A DNA stretch of 64,000 nt, taken from Nitrosopumilus sp. GTDB taxonomy: Archaea; Thermoproteota; Nitrososphaeria; Nitrososphaerales; Nitrosopumilaceae. The position numbers and the translations under genes were made by a program. Where the stretch lies: positions 256,001-320,000 of the forward strand of contig OZ244732.1 of the NCBI GenBank assembly GCA_965219345.1, read 5' to 3'. This document shows, piece after piece, positions 39,930 to 50,071 of the stretch. The notes beneath the pieces were generated by a model that saw nothing but the letters and a program-made list of their open reading frames with translations, made no database searches and was not told the origin of the DNA. How positions within the stretch are numbered: position 1 is the first letter of the stretch; every line of letters starts with the position of its first letter.

Positions 39930-40693
39930 CTTCTAAATCCCAACAAATAGCCCCTAAGTAGTTGTATTCCCATCGCAGGATCAACGCCTTTGGGACATAC
40001 TTGACTACAAGAACCAGCAAAGTGGCATCTCCATATTCCATGAGATTCATCAATCATCTTAAGCCTGGAATCTTTGCCCTTATCTCTACTATCTGCGACA
40101 TATCGGTATGCTTGAGCTAATGCTTGCGGTCCAACAAATGAAGAATCTGTTGCCATTGTAGGACATGCAGAATTACACAAACCACATTTGATACAATTAG
40201 CAAATTGGATGTATTGTTCTACTTCTTCAGGAGATTGTAAGAATTCTTTTGTATCAGATTCTAGTTCAGTATCATCTCGGATAAGATATGGCTTGATTTT
40301 ATGATGAGTGTCAAACAATCTTTCAAACTTTACAGCCAAATCACGAATAATTGGAAAGTTGCTCATAGGTTCAACTGTAACAACATTAGAGTTTAGTTCA
40401 CTAATTTTTGTAAAACATGCAAGTCTTGGTTTTCCATTAATCATCATTCCGCATGAGCCACAGGTTGCTTGTCTACAAGAGTGGCGAACTGCTACTGAAT
40501 GATCAAAGTGTTCTTTGACATAAAGAATTGCTTCTAGAACAGTTGTCCATTTCTGATATGGGACAATAAACTCCATTAATACACTTGAATCATCATGTTC
40601 AGGATTATATCTTGAAATTCTAAGTGTGATTGATTTAGAAGAAGATAGTGATGTTGATGCTTGTTCGTCTGCGATGCCAGACACCTGTGCCAT
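39926..40693 (-). CDS. sdhB: Succinate dehydrogenase Fe-S subunit
   Basis: SCRQATCGSC, CIKCGLCNSACP and CHFAGSCSQVCPK motifs. Confidence 0.96.
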   Translation of the reverse strand: MAQVSGIADEQASTSLSSSKSITLRISRYNPEHDDSSVLMEFIVPYQKWTTVLEAILYVKEHFDHSVAVRHSCRQATCGSCGMMINGKPRLACFTKISELNSNVVTVEPMSNFPIIRDLAVKFERLFDTHHKIKPYLIRDDTELESDTKEFLQSPEEVEQYIQFANCIKCGLCNSACPTMATDSSFVGPQALAQAYRYVADSRDKGKDSRLKMIDESHGIWRCHFAGSCSQVCPKGVDPAMGIQLLRGYLLGFRS

Positions 40694-40695
40694 TT

Positions 40696-41040
40696 CTATG
40701 CCATCCCCATGTTAACTACAATAATTGTTCTTGAACCGTATGCTATTAATCCAATCATTGCAGCTAGACAACCATAAGAAACAGCTTTTTCATAAATTCT
40801 TCCTTGTTTTAATTCCAATAAAATAACTCTAAGACCATTAAATCCATGAATTGAAAGCAAGACAAGTATTAATTCCAACATTATAGCATACGGAACGAAT
40901 TTGTAGTTGGCAAGAACACTTTCAAACTCCAAGGATTCTGCAAATCCCTGCGTAAGCCGCATCAAAACGTGAACTGCCACTAGGGCTACTGCTGCAATGG
41001 CAGTTCCATAGTGAATTTTCATGATTGTGCTTTCTCTCAT
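40696..41040 (-). CDS. sdhD: Succinate dehydrogenase membrane anchor
   Basis: Three TM helices, HGFNGLR; operon position. Confidence 0.85.
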   Translation of the reverse strand: MRESTIMKIHYGTAIAAVALVAVHVLMRLTQGFAESLEFESVLANYKFVPYAIMLELILVLLSIHGFNGLRVILLELKQGRIYEKAVSYGCLAAMIGLIAYGSRTIIVVNMGMA

Positions 41041-41041
41041 C

Positions 41042-41473
41042 CTATTCACCAAGCATTACCGCTAGCCCATACATCATTGCAAATGCTGCAAGAACAATTG
41101 CAGAATAGATGCCTATCTTGTGTCTGTAATTTTGTGATGCTGGTTCATATGGATAATCAGGTCTAGCAGGTTTTCCCACACCAACTCCTCCATGTCCTAA
41201 CATCACTCTAATTCCATTAACAGTGTGAAATACACACATTCCAATTACAATTGCCAAAATAGCATGTCCTTCAGTAGTTGACGTCATTTCCATCAGTTCA
41301 TCCCACCCAACTTGTCCTCTCAAAATATTACTTGTTTCATAAATATGAGCTACAAAATATGCCAGTAATCCTAATCCACTTAATCGCATTAGCCAATATG
41401 CAACTCGTTCGATTCCATAGCGACGTGGATTTGCCATCCCTCCAATGCCCTCTTTGTGCTCGTCTTGGGTCAT
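41042..41473 (-). CDS. sdhC: Succinate dehydrogenase cytochrome b subunit
   Basis: RLSG, HTVNGIR, three TM helices. Confidence 0.87.
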   Translation of the reverse strand: MTQDEHKEGIGGMANPRRYGIERVAYWLMRLSGLGLLAYFVAHIYETSNILRGQVGWDELMEMTSTTEGHAILAIVIGMCVFHTVNGIRVMLGHGGVGVGKPARPDYPYEPASQNYRHKIGIYSAIVLAAFAMMYGLAVMLGE

Positions 41474-43186
41474 CTAATATTTTCTCTCCACTGGACGGTA
41501 CTTAGTTATTGTGACTGGAAATGTTTTCATGATTGGTTCATTTGGATCATAGTAAGCAAGTGTATGATGTAAGAAGTTTACATCATCACGTTTAGTATAA
41601 TCAGTTCTTGCATGTGCACCACGAGATTCTTTCCTGTTAATTGCACCAATCAACACAACCTCTGCTACTCTAAACATAGAATCAAGTTCCATTACATTTG
41701 AAAAATTGGTGTTATACTCTTTTGCCTTATCATCAACATGTTTCCAAGTCTGCTCTTTAAGATCACGAGTCTTCTTGAGACCTTCTACTAAATCAGTTTC
41801 ATTTCTGTAAACATAGGCTTTTTCATTCATGGTGTCAGTAAGTTGTTGTCGAATTTCATATGGATTTACGTCGCCACTTCCTCTAAAGATTCCATCATAG
41901 ATTCTCTTTTCTTCTGCTTCAACCAAATGATCAGGCCAAGAAACGGATGGAATACCATTTTGGATATATTCCACTGCCAATTCTCCAGTAATTTTACCCC
42001 AAACAATGCATTCCGAGGTTGAATTTGCGCCTAGTCGGTTTGAACCATGAACACTATTACATGCTGCCTCACCTGCAGCCCAAACTCCCAGCATTTGTGT
42101 AGCACCTTGAATATCAGTATGAATTCCTCCCATCATATAATGACAAACGGGTCTAACATCAAGTAATTCTTCGGCAGGATCAATACCAGAAAATTTGATA
42201 GAAATTTCTCTAATTCCACCTAATTTCTCTTTAATCTTTTCATCCCCAATATGCCTTAAATCAAGTTTCATACAATCAACCCCAGTTTCATGTTTGAACC
42301 CTCGACCTTCCTGAATTTCGGTCATTATTGATCTTGATACAATATCACGTGGAGCTAATTCCATTTTACTAGCAGCATAATCTTTCATAAATCGTTCACC
42401 TTTGTTGTTAAGTAGATAAGCACCTTCTCCTCTTGCACCTTCTGTGATCAAAATTCCAGATGGCAAAATTCCTGTTGGATGGAATTGTACAAACTCCATA
42501 TCTTTTAGTGCCATGCCAGCACGAAATCCCATATCCAATCCATCTGGAGTCGATGACAGTGCATAAGTCGAAAAACTATACAATCTTCCAGCACCGCCAG
42601 TTGCAATGATAAGAGCTTTTCCTTTAATTGTGTAAAATGTACCAGAAGATAATTCAATTGCAGTAAGTCCCATGAATCGTTTTCTGTCATGAATGATTGA
42701 TGTTGCAAACCATTCGTTAAGATATTCTATATTTTCATATTTCTGACATGTGTCATACAAAGTTTGCATTTCAAAGAAGCCAACTTTATCTGATGCATAA
42801 GTTGCTCTTGGAAAACTATAACCGCCAAAGTTTCTTTGATCAATTTTACCATTATCTTTTCTAGACCAAGGCATACCCCAATGTTCTAATTGGTAGATTT
42901 CTTTTGGCATTTCTACACAAAGTTTTTCAGCAACATCTTGATCTGCAAGAAAGTCACTTCCTTTTACAGTATCATAAATATGAGATTCAATGGTATCACC
43001 TTCTTCTTCACAAATTACTGCTGCAGTTCCTCCTTCTGCAGACACAGAATGAGAGCGCATTACTTGTAATTTTGAAACAATGCCAATTTTGAGATTTGGT
43101 CCCTTTTTTGCAGCCGCTATTGCAGCTCTTAAACCGGCAAGACCAGAACCACAGATTATTAGATCAAATTCGATGGAATCTGTCAT
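41474..43186 (-). CDS. sdhA: Succinate dehydrogenase flavoprotein
   Basis: GSGLAG, RSHSVSAEGG, QFHPTG, HGSNRLGANS and ESRGAH motifs. Confidence 0.97.
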   Translation of the reverse strand: MTDSIEFDLIICGSGLAGLRAAIAAAKKGPNLKIGIVSKLQVMRSHSVSAEGGTAAVICEEEGDTIESHIYDTVKGSDFLADQDVAEKLCVEMPKEIYQLEHWGMPWSRKDNGKIDQRNFGGYSFPRATYASDKVGFFEMQTLYDTCQKYENIEYLNEWFATSIIHDRKRFMGLTAIELSSGTFYTIKGKALIIATGGAGRLYSFSTYALSSTPDGLDMGFRAGMALKDMEFVQFHPTGILPSGILITEGARGEGAYLLNNKGERFMKDYAASKMELAPRDIVSRSIMTEIQEGRGFKHETGVDCMKLDLRHIGDEKIKEKLGGIREISIKFSGIDPAEELLDVRPVCHYMMGGIHTDIQGATQMLGVWAAGEAACNSVHGSNRLGANSTSECIVWGKITGELAVEYIQNGIPSVSWPDHLVEAEEKRIYDGIFRGSGDVNPYEIRQQLTDTMNEKAYVYRNETDLVEGLKKTRDLKEQTWKHVDDKAKEYNTNFSNVMELDSMFRVAEVVLIGAINRKESRGAHARTDYTKRDDVNFLHHTLAYYDPNEPIMKTFPVTITKYRPVERKY

Positions 43187-43257
43187 TTTTCAGACAAACT
43201 TGCTTTGAGTGTGATAAATATGTAGTAATTTGGAGGCGTGATCCAAAATATTAAAAT

Positions 43258-43283
43258 ATATCACTAGTGATATCACTAGTGAT
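43258..43283. promoter_or_regulatory. Tandem palindromic operator at the PadR gene start
   Basis: ATATCACTAGTGATAT (perfect 16-bp palindrome) overlapping a second ATCACTAGTGAT. Confidence 0.65.
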
Positions 43284-43791
43284 GATTTCAGAGTGGTTTC
43301 AGAGAGTAGGAAGTTCGATTCCTAGAGGGTTTTCGAGATATTTCATTTTAGAACTATTGAAAAAGAAAGAACGTACTGGAAAAGAGATCATCGATTATGC
43401 AGTAGAACAAAGTAATGGAATTTGGAAACCATCTCCAGGATTGATCTATCCATTGTTAGGTAGATTACTAGATGAAGGATTAATTGAAGAAAATGAAGAT
43501 GGAAAATATCAATTAACAAAGAAAGGAAACGAAACAGCATCTGATGTAGATAAGATAAACGATATTGTTAGAAAGCAATTGGAGGTTTTGTTTAGACTAA
43601 GCAACGTAGGAAGATTTGTTGCCATAGATCTATTAGAAAAGATTTCAGCAATGGGTTCCATCCTAAGTTCAAATTTTGCCCATATGACTGATGATGAGAC
43701 AAAGAAATACAAACATTTTCTTGAATCAGAACTAAAGAAAATTCAAGGAAAAGAAGTAAATGACAAAGGCAAAGAAATTAAGATCGAATAG
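43282..43791 (+). CDS. PadR-family transcriptional regulator
   Basis: WKPSPGLIYPLLGRL..EGLI..YQLTKKG. Confidence 0.9.
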   Translation: MISEWFQRVGSSIPRGFSRYFILELLKKKERTGKEIIDYAVEQSNGIWKPSPGLIYPLLGRLLDEGLIEENEDGKYQLTKKGNETASDVDKINDIVRKQLEVLFRLSNVGRFVAIDLLEKISAMGSILSSNFAHMTDDETKKYKHFLESELKKIQGKEVNDKGKEIKIE

Positions 43792-43918
43792 CAATATAGA
43801 AAAATTACTTGAATAGATTTCTATAAAAAATCAAAACCAAAAAAGATCTAATATCTATCAAGTAATATCAGATAATTTTGGATTAAAATCATAAATAATT
43901 CACAGGAAGAACACAATT

Positions 43919-44785
43919 ATGAAAAATTTAAGAAATATGTTAAAATCAAAAAAACCACTTGTTATTCCAGGAGTTTATGATGCATTAGGTGCAAAAATTG
44001 CCCAAAAAGTTGGATTTAAGGCAATGTTCCAAACAGGTTATGGAACATCTGCATCTCTATTTGGAATGCCAGATTATGGATTTATTGGAGCAACAGAAAC
44101 AGTAGATAATGCGAGACGTATATGCAGGGCAGTTTCAGTACCTGTAATTGTAGATTCAGATACAGGGTATGGAAATGCTTTGAGTGTTTGGAAATTAGTT
44201 AAGGAACTAGAATCATCAGGAGCTGCAGGAATTTTTCTCGAAGATCAAAGATGGCCTAAAAGATGTGGACATATGCAAGGAAAAGAAGTAATTCCTCAAG
44301 AAGAATACACTGAAAAATTATCAGCTGCCCTTGATGCAAGAGAAAGCAAAGATTTCATAATTGTTGCAAGAACAGACGCAAGAGCAACTGAAGGATTAGA
44401 TGCAGCTATTGAGCGTGGGAAACAAAATAAAAAAACAGGCGCTGATGCAATATTTGTGGAAGCCCCAAGATCATTAAAGGAAATGAAAAAGATTGGAAAA
44501 GAAATCAATGCGCCATTAGTTGCAAATATGATTGAAGGGGGAGCTACGCCATTGAGTTCAGCTGAAATACTAAACAAAATTGGATTTAAAATAGTTCTTT
44601 ACCCGCTATCTGTTTTGTATGCTAATACATTTGCAACCATGAATATTCTAAAAGAGTTGAAGAAATCAGGGAACACTACAAAATATAAACAAAAAGTTGT
44701 GAATTTTGATCAGTTTAATCATTTGGTTGAACTTCAAAAGTTCAGAAAAATGGAAAAAAAGTACGGATTTTCAAAAAGAGAATAA
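43919..44785 (+). CDS. Isocitrate lyase / PEP mutase family enzyme (methylisocitrate lyase-like)
   Basis: DSDTGYG, EDQ..PKRCGH and ARTD motifs. Confidence 0.9.
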   Translation: MKNLRNMLKSKKPLVIPGVYDALGAKIAQKVGFKAMFQTGYGTSASLFGMPDYGFIGATETVDNARRICRAVSVPVIVDSDTGYGNALSVWKLVKELESSGAAGIFLEDQRWPKRCGHMQGKEVIPQEEYTEKLSAALDARESKDFIIVARTDARATEGLDAAIERGKQNKKTGADAIFVEAPRSLKEMKKIGKEINAPLVANMIEGGATPLSSAEILNKIGFKIVLYPLSVLYANTFATMNILKELKKSGNTTKYKQKVVNFDQFNHLVELQKFRKMEKKYGFSKRE

Positions 44786-44810
44786 AAGAAAAATTTCAAG
44801 TAAAGCGCAG

Positions 44811-45314
44811 TTATGCTGTGTTTCTCTTTACTTCAATTTCTATTGTTGAAACGTTTCTGGTTCTACCGTCTTGTGACTCTAATGCTTCTGAGCCAATGTT
44901 AATTTCTCCTATAGAATAGCCTGCACTTTCTGTTTTTCGTGCAATGATTTGAGCTACATCTACAGCACGACCAATGCTCATTCCTCTAGCTTTGATGTAA
45001 ACGGCTGGTAAGTTTGCCAATTGAATTAGTGTGGATGTAACATATGCCATCAATGGTTTCTTACCTATGAATATGGTGTCTCTGCTTCCTCGAGTTTCTT
45101 TAGGTGTAGAAGACTGTTCGTTTTCTGAAGTCTCTTTAGGTGTAGAATACTGTGTGTTTTCTGAAGTCTCTTTAGGTGTAGAAGACTGTTCGTTTTCTGA
45201 AGTCTCTTTAGGTGTAGAAGACTGTTCGTTTTCTGAAGTCTCTTTAGGTGTAGAATACTGTGTGTTTTCTGAAGTCTCTTTAGGTGCAGAAGACTGTTCG
45301 TTTTCTGTTGACAT
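44811..45314 (-). CDS. albA: Alba chromatin protein with a repetitive N-terminal extension
   Basis: IFIGKKPLMAYV, KARG.SIGRAVDVA and NVSTIEI motifs. Confidence 0.92.
   Translation of the reverse strand: MSTENEQSSAPKETSENTQYSTPKETSENEQSSTPKETSENEQSSTPKETSENTQYSTPKETSENEQSSTPKETRGSRDTIFIGKKPLMAYVTSTLIQLANLPAVYIKARGMSIGRAVDVAQIIARKTESAGYSIGEINIGSEALESQDGRTRNVSTIEIEVKRNTA
45090..45305. repeat. Coding tandem repeat, 6 x 36 bp
   Basis: Unit encodes EN(EQS/TQY)S(T/A)PKETS, in the order A-B-A-A-B-A. Confidence 0.95.
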
Positions 45315-45428
45315 AGCATTCAACTATTCAGGGATAATTTAAATCTAAAAGAATTTTTTTTTGATCTATGAAAATTTTTTGAAAAATTTGAACTATTATT
45401 AACCAGAAAAGAGTGATTTATTCAGAAC

Positions 45429-45965
45429 TTGGAAAATATTTTGAAAATTTTAGAATTAGGAAGTTGTGAAGAAAAAATTAAAATTTTAGAAACTTTAGAT
45501 TGCACAGATAATTCAGAAATTTTAGAAAAAATAATTTTGAAATTAGATGACGATGATATTCAAGTTAGAGGAGAAGCATTTAGTTCACTTGTATTAAATG
45601 AAAACAAAATTTCAAATTTCTTAATTAAAAGTTTAAATTCTGCAAGTAAAAATATCAGAGGTTTTGCATCATTAGTATTAGCAAATAGAAATGAGATAAC
45701 TGCAATTCCAGACATTATAAAACTTGCAAAAGATGAACATTCTATGGTTAGAGCATGCGCAATTGGAGCACTAGGACATCTCAAAGCTCAAGAAGCTAAA
45801 GAAATTTTTCTTGAATCTTTGTTAGATTCTAATTTAGAAGTAAGAAAAAGTGCTATTCAGGCAGTTATTGATCTAAATATCACAATTTCAGAAAAAAAAA
45901 TAATGGAGATTATTAAAGAAAAAGATCCTGAAATAGAAAAAATGCTTTCTCAATTAAAAAAATAG
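45429..45965 (+). CDS. HEAT-repeat (PBS lyase-like) protein
   Basis: Repeating LxD....VR..A..AL pattern. Confidence 0.85.
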   Translation: MENILKILELGSCEEKIKILETLDCTDNSEILEKIILKLDDDDIQVRGEAFSSLVLNENKISNFLIKSLNSASKNIRGFASLVLANRNEITAIPDIIKLAKDEHSMVRACAIGALGHLKAQEAKEIFLESLLDSNLEVRKSAIQAVIDLNITISEKKIMEIIKEKDPEIEKMLSQLKK

Positions 45966-46039
45966 TGGACCGGAAGGGATTTGAACCCTCGATCCGATGC
46001 ATGCCATGCACCTATCCTACCGGACTAGACGACCGGCCC
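45966..46039 (-). tRNA. tRNA-Ala(GGC)
   Basis: GGGCCGG...GGTGC ATGGCAT GCATC...TTCAAAT...CCGGTCCA; G3:U70 present. Confidence 0.92.
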
Positions 46040-46164
46040 AATAATCAGAATTCTGATTGAATTACATTTTTCAAATTGGTTATTAACGTTTAGCGGTCTA
46101 AATGAAATACATTATGAAGTTAACACAAAAGATATTTAACTATAATTATCTTGATTGAATCGTT

Positions 46165-47010
46165 ATGGTGGTAGATAACAAAGCAACTGTCACATATGTT
46201 CAATTACTAAAAGAAGATCTTGTAATTATTAGACTGGTTCCAAAAGATGGTCCAGTTCCTGAATTTCAAGCTGGTCAATTCATTACATTAGGATTGCCAA
46301 ATCCTGTAGAAGGTGGAAAGATTGTTAGACGAGCGTATTCAATTGCATCTCATCCAGAAAATAGGGATTTCATTGAGCTTGTTATCAGATGGATTAGGAA
46401 ACCACTCCCTGGCAGATTAACTACACAATTATTTAATCTAAAAGAAGGAGATGAGATTCTTTGGTTAAAGCCATCAGGTAAAGCACTGATGATTAGTGAA
46501 GAACTTCCTAATGGGGAAAAAGATAACAGAAGAATTGTATGTATAGGGGGCGGTACAGGTCTTGCACCATTTGTCAGTTTTGCACAGCACTTGCATGATA
46601 CTGGAGATAAACGAGAGATTATAGTTTTACAGGGTGCTAGTTACGTTGATGAGTTAAGTTACAAAGATTTGCTAACTTCTCTTGAAGATGAAAGTGGGAA
46701 GAGAGGCAAGGATGAGTGGAACTTTAAGTACAGAGCAGCAGTCAGTAGACCTCAAGAATGGTTTAACAGATCATGGGGCGGTCAAATTGGAAGGGTTGAA
46801 ACATTCCTAAGACCTAGAGAAAATAACAAGTCACAACTTGAAGAATTAATCGGTGGTGAAATCACTAAAGAGAATACAATTTTCTATATTTGTGGTTGGC
46901 AGGGAACAATAGATGGTGCAATGGACTTTTTAACACCAAAGGGATTTGTCACAGAACATAACAAACGTGAAGATGGAAGTTTTGAAGTTAAATACGAATC
47001 ATACGGATAA
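46165..47010 (+). CDS. Ferredoxin/flavodoxin-NADP+ reductase (paralogue 2)
   Basis: Same motifs as 32007-32849. Confidence 0.9.
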   Translation: MVVDNKATVTYVQLLKEDLVIIRLVPKDGPVPEFQAGQFITLGLPNPVEGGKIVRRAYSIASHPENRDFIELVIRWIRKPLPGRLTTQLFNLKEGDEILWLKPSGKALMISEELPNGEKDNRRIVCIGGGTGLAPFVSFAQHLHDTGDKREIIVLQGASYVDELSYKDLLTSLEDESGKRGKDEWNFKYRAAVSRPQEWFNRSWGGQIGRVETFLRPRENNKSQLEELIGGEITKENTIFYICGWQGTIDGAMDFLTPKGFVTEHNKREDGSFEVKYESYG

Positions 47011-47077
47011 AAATTTTAAAAAGAATAATTTTGTGAAAATCAATCATTGAAATATGAGATTTATGTAGGAAATGTAA

Positions 47078-47679
47078 TTGATTACTGCACTATATCTTGC
47101 GCATCTAAATCCAGTAACTGATGCACATATTGAAATTATCTCAGAGTTAAAAAAAGAAGCTGATATTGTTAAAGTCATGCCCGTAGTTTTCAAAGTGGGG
47201 GACAGGGAAGTTAACAGTAAAAGTTTTCCATTTAATTTTGAAACGAGAAAGAAAATGTTAATGTCTATTTTTGGCGATTCAATTCAAGTCACTGATGATT
47301 ATGCATTTTTTGCTCCATTTAAAAAATATCTTCCTCCATTAGTAAGACGAAGATCATGGAAATTAAGAAAACAGATTCTTCAAGGAGTTAAAGGAGATTT
47401 TTTTTCATATACAGGTGACAAGGCTGAAGGTTATATGCTAAAAATGTACAGATTAAAACCAAAATTGGGAGAAAGAAAATCACTTTCTGCATCATCCGTT
47501 AAAGAAAAATTGTTTGATGCTGCACTTGGAAAAGAATCTACTTGGAAAAAAGATGTTCCAGAAAGCATAGCAAAATAATAGAAGAGAATTGGGAAATAGT
47601 AGAGAAATTTGCAAACATTGAAGATGGGACCACAAGAGTTGCAGGAATGAAATTTCCTAAAGAAGGATATTCAAAATAA
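47078..47679 (+). pseudogene. HIGH-superfamily nucleotidyltransferase-like gene with an apparent frameshift
   Basis: HLNPVTDAH and SASSVK motifs. Stops at 47578, but adding one A to the run at 47572-47575 extends it as IIEENWEIVEKF...KFPKEGYSK* to 47679. Confidence 0.7.
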
Positions 47680-47713
47680 ATAGAGATTAATACACTTCCA
47701 GTAAAAATTTTCT

Positions 47714-48631
47714 GTGAAACTTCCACTTTCAAAATATGTCTGGTTTGACGGAGAGTATGTTCTTGCGGAAAAGGCTCAAGTTCCAATTACTACTCATGCA
47801 ATTCATTATGGAACATCAATCTTCGAAGGAATTAGGGCATATTGGAATGGAAAAAATCTTTATGTATTTAGACTAGATGAACATGTAAAACGATTTAGAA
47901 GATCGGGACAGTTTTACAATATTTCACTTAACTTCTCTGATAAAGTCATTAGTAATGCAATTACAGGAATCTGTAGAAAAAATGAAATCAAGAAATCATG
48001 TTACATCAGACCATTTTATTTTGTAGGGGATTATGGAATAAATCTACATGTAACTGAAAGGGCTCCAACAAATGTTGGAATTTTTTCATTTCTTTTTGGA
48101 GATTTATTTAACAAAAATGGAATTTCAGCGGAAGTGGTGTCTTGGAGGAAATTCTCAGACAAGTCTACCCCCACACAAGCAAAAATGGGCGGTAACTATT
48201 TGAATTCTATTATTGCAACACAAGAAGCAAAACGAGATGGTGTTGATGAAGCAATTTTGCTTGATCATAATGGAAATGTTAGTGAAGCGCCAGGAGAAAA
48301 TATCTTTATTGTTAGAGATGGGCAATTGGCAACACCATCACTAGAGTCATCTGCACTTGAAGGAATTACTCGTGATGCAGTAATCAAAATTGCAAGAGAT
48401 TTGGATATTGATGTCGTTGAAAGAGACATTGCAAGGATGGAATTATCTATGTCTGATGAGATTTTCCTGACTGGAACAGCGGCTGAAATCACTCCCATCA
48501 TATCAATGGATTCAAAAAAGGTAGGTAATGGTAAACCAGGTGTAATAACTAAAAAAATGATGAAAGAGTACACAGACATAGTAATGAACAAAAATGATAA
48601 CTATTCTCATTGGTTAACTACGGTGTATTAG
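47714..48631 (+). CDS. ilvE: Branched-chain amino acid aminotransferase
   Basis: HYGTSIFEG, AKMGGNY, SEAPGENIF, LEGITR and TGTAAEI motifs. Confidence 0.95.
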   Translation: MKLPLSKYVWFDGEYVLAEKAQVPITTHAIHYGTSIFEGIRAYWNGKNLYVFRLDEHVKRFRRSGQFYNISLNFSDKVISNAITGICRKNEIKKSCYIRPFYFVGDYGINLHVTERAPTNVGIFSFLFGDLFNKNGISAEVVSWRKFSDKSTPTQAKMGGNYLNSIIATQEAKRDGVDEAILLDHNGNVSEAPGENIFIVRDGQLATPSLESSALEGITRDAVIKIARDLDIDVVERDIARMELSMSDEIFLTGTAAEITPIISMDSKKVGNGKPGVITKKMMKEYTDIVMNKNDNYSHWLTTVY

Positions 48632-49567
48632 ATGAAAATCGTTCAAATTGGAGCCGGTGGATGGGGTAAAAATCATACCAGAATTTTATCTCGATTAGGT
48701 GTACTTTCAGCTGTCTGTGATTCAGATTCTGAAAGAAGTAAAGAATATGGAGAAAAATATTCTGTAAATCATTATGAATCATTAGATGAACTACTAATTT
48801 CAGAAGAGTTTGATGGAGCATTTGTAGTAACACCTACATCAACTCACACAGAAATTGCAACAAAATTGTTAGAGGCAAAAAAGCATGTTTTTGTAGAAAA
48901 ACCAATGACGTACAAATCTGAAGATGGTGAAAAACTTGCCAAACTTGCGGAGAAAAATAAAGTGATTCTAACCTGTGGATATATTGAGAGATTTAATTCT
49001 GCCGTAGATATTGTAAAGAAATTTGTCAAGGAAAAAAAATTCGGTGATTTGGTGATGTTAGAATTTCACCGTGAAAATAGAATGCCTCTTCATATCAAAG
49101 ATGTTGGAATCATTTATGATACTTCAGTACACGATATTGATACTGCAAATTGGTTGTTTAATGATATGCCATATGTAGTATTTGCAAGAGCAGGTAAAAT
49201 AAAACACGAACATGAGGATTTTGCAAGCATCATGCTAGGATACAAAGATGACAAAGTTGCGATTATTTCATCAAACTGGATTACACCAAAAAAAGTTAGA
49301 AAATTCAATGCTGTATGTACAGATGCGATAATTTCTTCAGACTTTATCACTCAAGAGATAATTGTAGAGAAAGGTGATGAAACAGAAACTGTTCAAAACG
49401 AAAAACAGGAACCATTGTTATTAGAAATTCAAAGTTTCCTAGGAGCAATTGAAGGTAAAAACGAACAAGTTGTTAAATCACAAGAAGCAGTCAACGTTAC
49501 AAAGATTGCAGAAGCTGCACTTTTATCTAGTCAAAAAGGAATACCAATCTATCTAGATCTAAAATGA
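48632..49567 (+). CDS. Gfo/Idh/MocA oxidoreductase
   Basis: GAGGWG, HVFVEKP and DTSVHDID motifs. Confidence 0.92.
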   Translation: MKIVQIGAGGWGKNHTRILSRLGVLSAVCDSDSERSKEYGEKYSVNHYESLDELLISEEFDGAFVVTPTSTHTEIATKLLEAKKHVFVEKPMTYKSEDGEKLAKLAEKNKVILTCGYIERFNSAVDIVKKFVKEKKFGDLVMLEFHRENRMPLHIKDVGIIYDTSVHDIDTANWLFNDMPYVVFARAGKIKHEHEDFASIMLGYKDDKVAIISSNWITPKKVRKFNAVCTDAIISSDFITQEIIVEKGDETETVQNEKQEPLLLEIQSFLGAIEGKNEQVVKSQEAVNVTKIAEAALLSSQKGIPIYLDLK

Positions 49568-49833
49568 ATAAGACAATGATGGATATTTTGGCATGCCCAA
49601 TTGACAAGAATCATCCTTTGGAATTATTTGAAATCAAAGAAAAAGACAATATAGTTTCAGAAGGGGCATTATTTTGCTCAAAATGTTCTAGATTTTATCC
49701 AATTATTGAAGAAATTCCAATAATGCTTCCTGATGAATTAAGAGACAAGAAACAAGATTTAGAATTTTTGAAAAATAACAAAAATAATCTGCCAGAGGGA
49801 ATTATTAAAAATGCATCTCCATGGCATCTTTAA
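49564..49833 (+). CDS. Trm112-like protein
   Basis: DILACPIDK...CSKC.RFYPI.EEIPIMLPDE. Confidence 0.88.
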   Translation: MNKTMMDILACPIDKNHPLELFEIKEKDNIVSEGALFCSKCSRFYPIIEEIPIMLPDELRDKKQDLEFLKNNKNNLPEGIIKNASPWHL

Positions 49834-49837
49834 TGAA

Positions 49838-50071
49838 TCATAATTTTAACATTTTATGGAATATACTTTTTTTCATTTTGAGCAATATCAATATCCAAGC
49901 AATTACAAGAATAATTGCAATTATTGTTTTTAATCCAGATGATAAAATCATATCAAGATCGCCATAACCACTAATAGAAATTGGTGCTATAGTAAGGACA
50001 AGTATTGCTCCACCTAAAATCATAAGCATCCACATTACAAAAATAAAAGTGAAAATTGGTAACGCTATCAT
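49838..50071 (-). CDS. Small membrane protein
   Basis: Two TM segments; overlaps the upstream gene. Confidence 0.7.
   Translation of the reverse strand: MIALPIFTFIFVMWMLMILGGAILVLTIAPISISGYGDLDMILSSGLKTIIAIILVIAWILILLKMKKSIFHKMLKL

Noticed and set aside
45090-45305. 36-bp repeats as a possible CRISPR array
   Set aside because: The units are contiguous with no unique spacers, are in frame within Alba, and no cas genes are nearby.
32007-47010. Two FNR paralogues as a novelty
   Set aside because: Ordinary paralogy with intact motifs; nothing unusual is visible.
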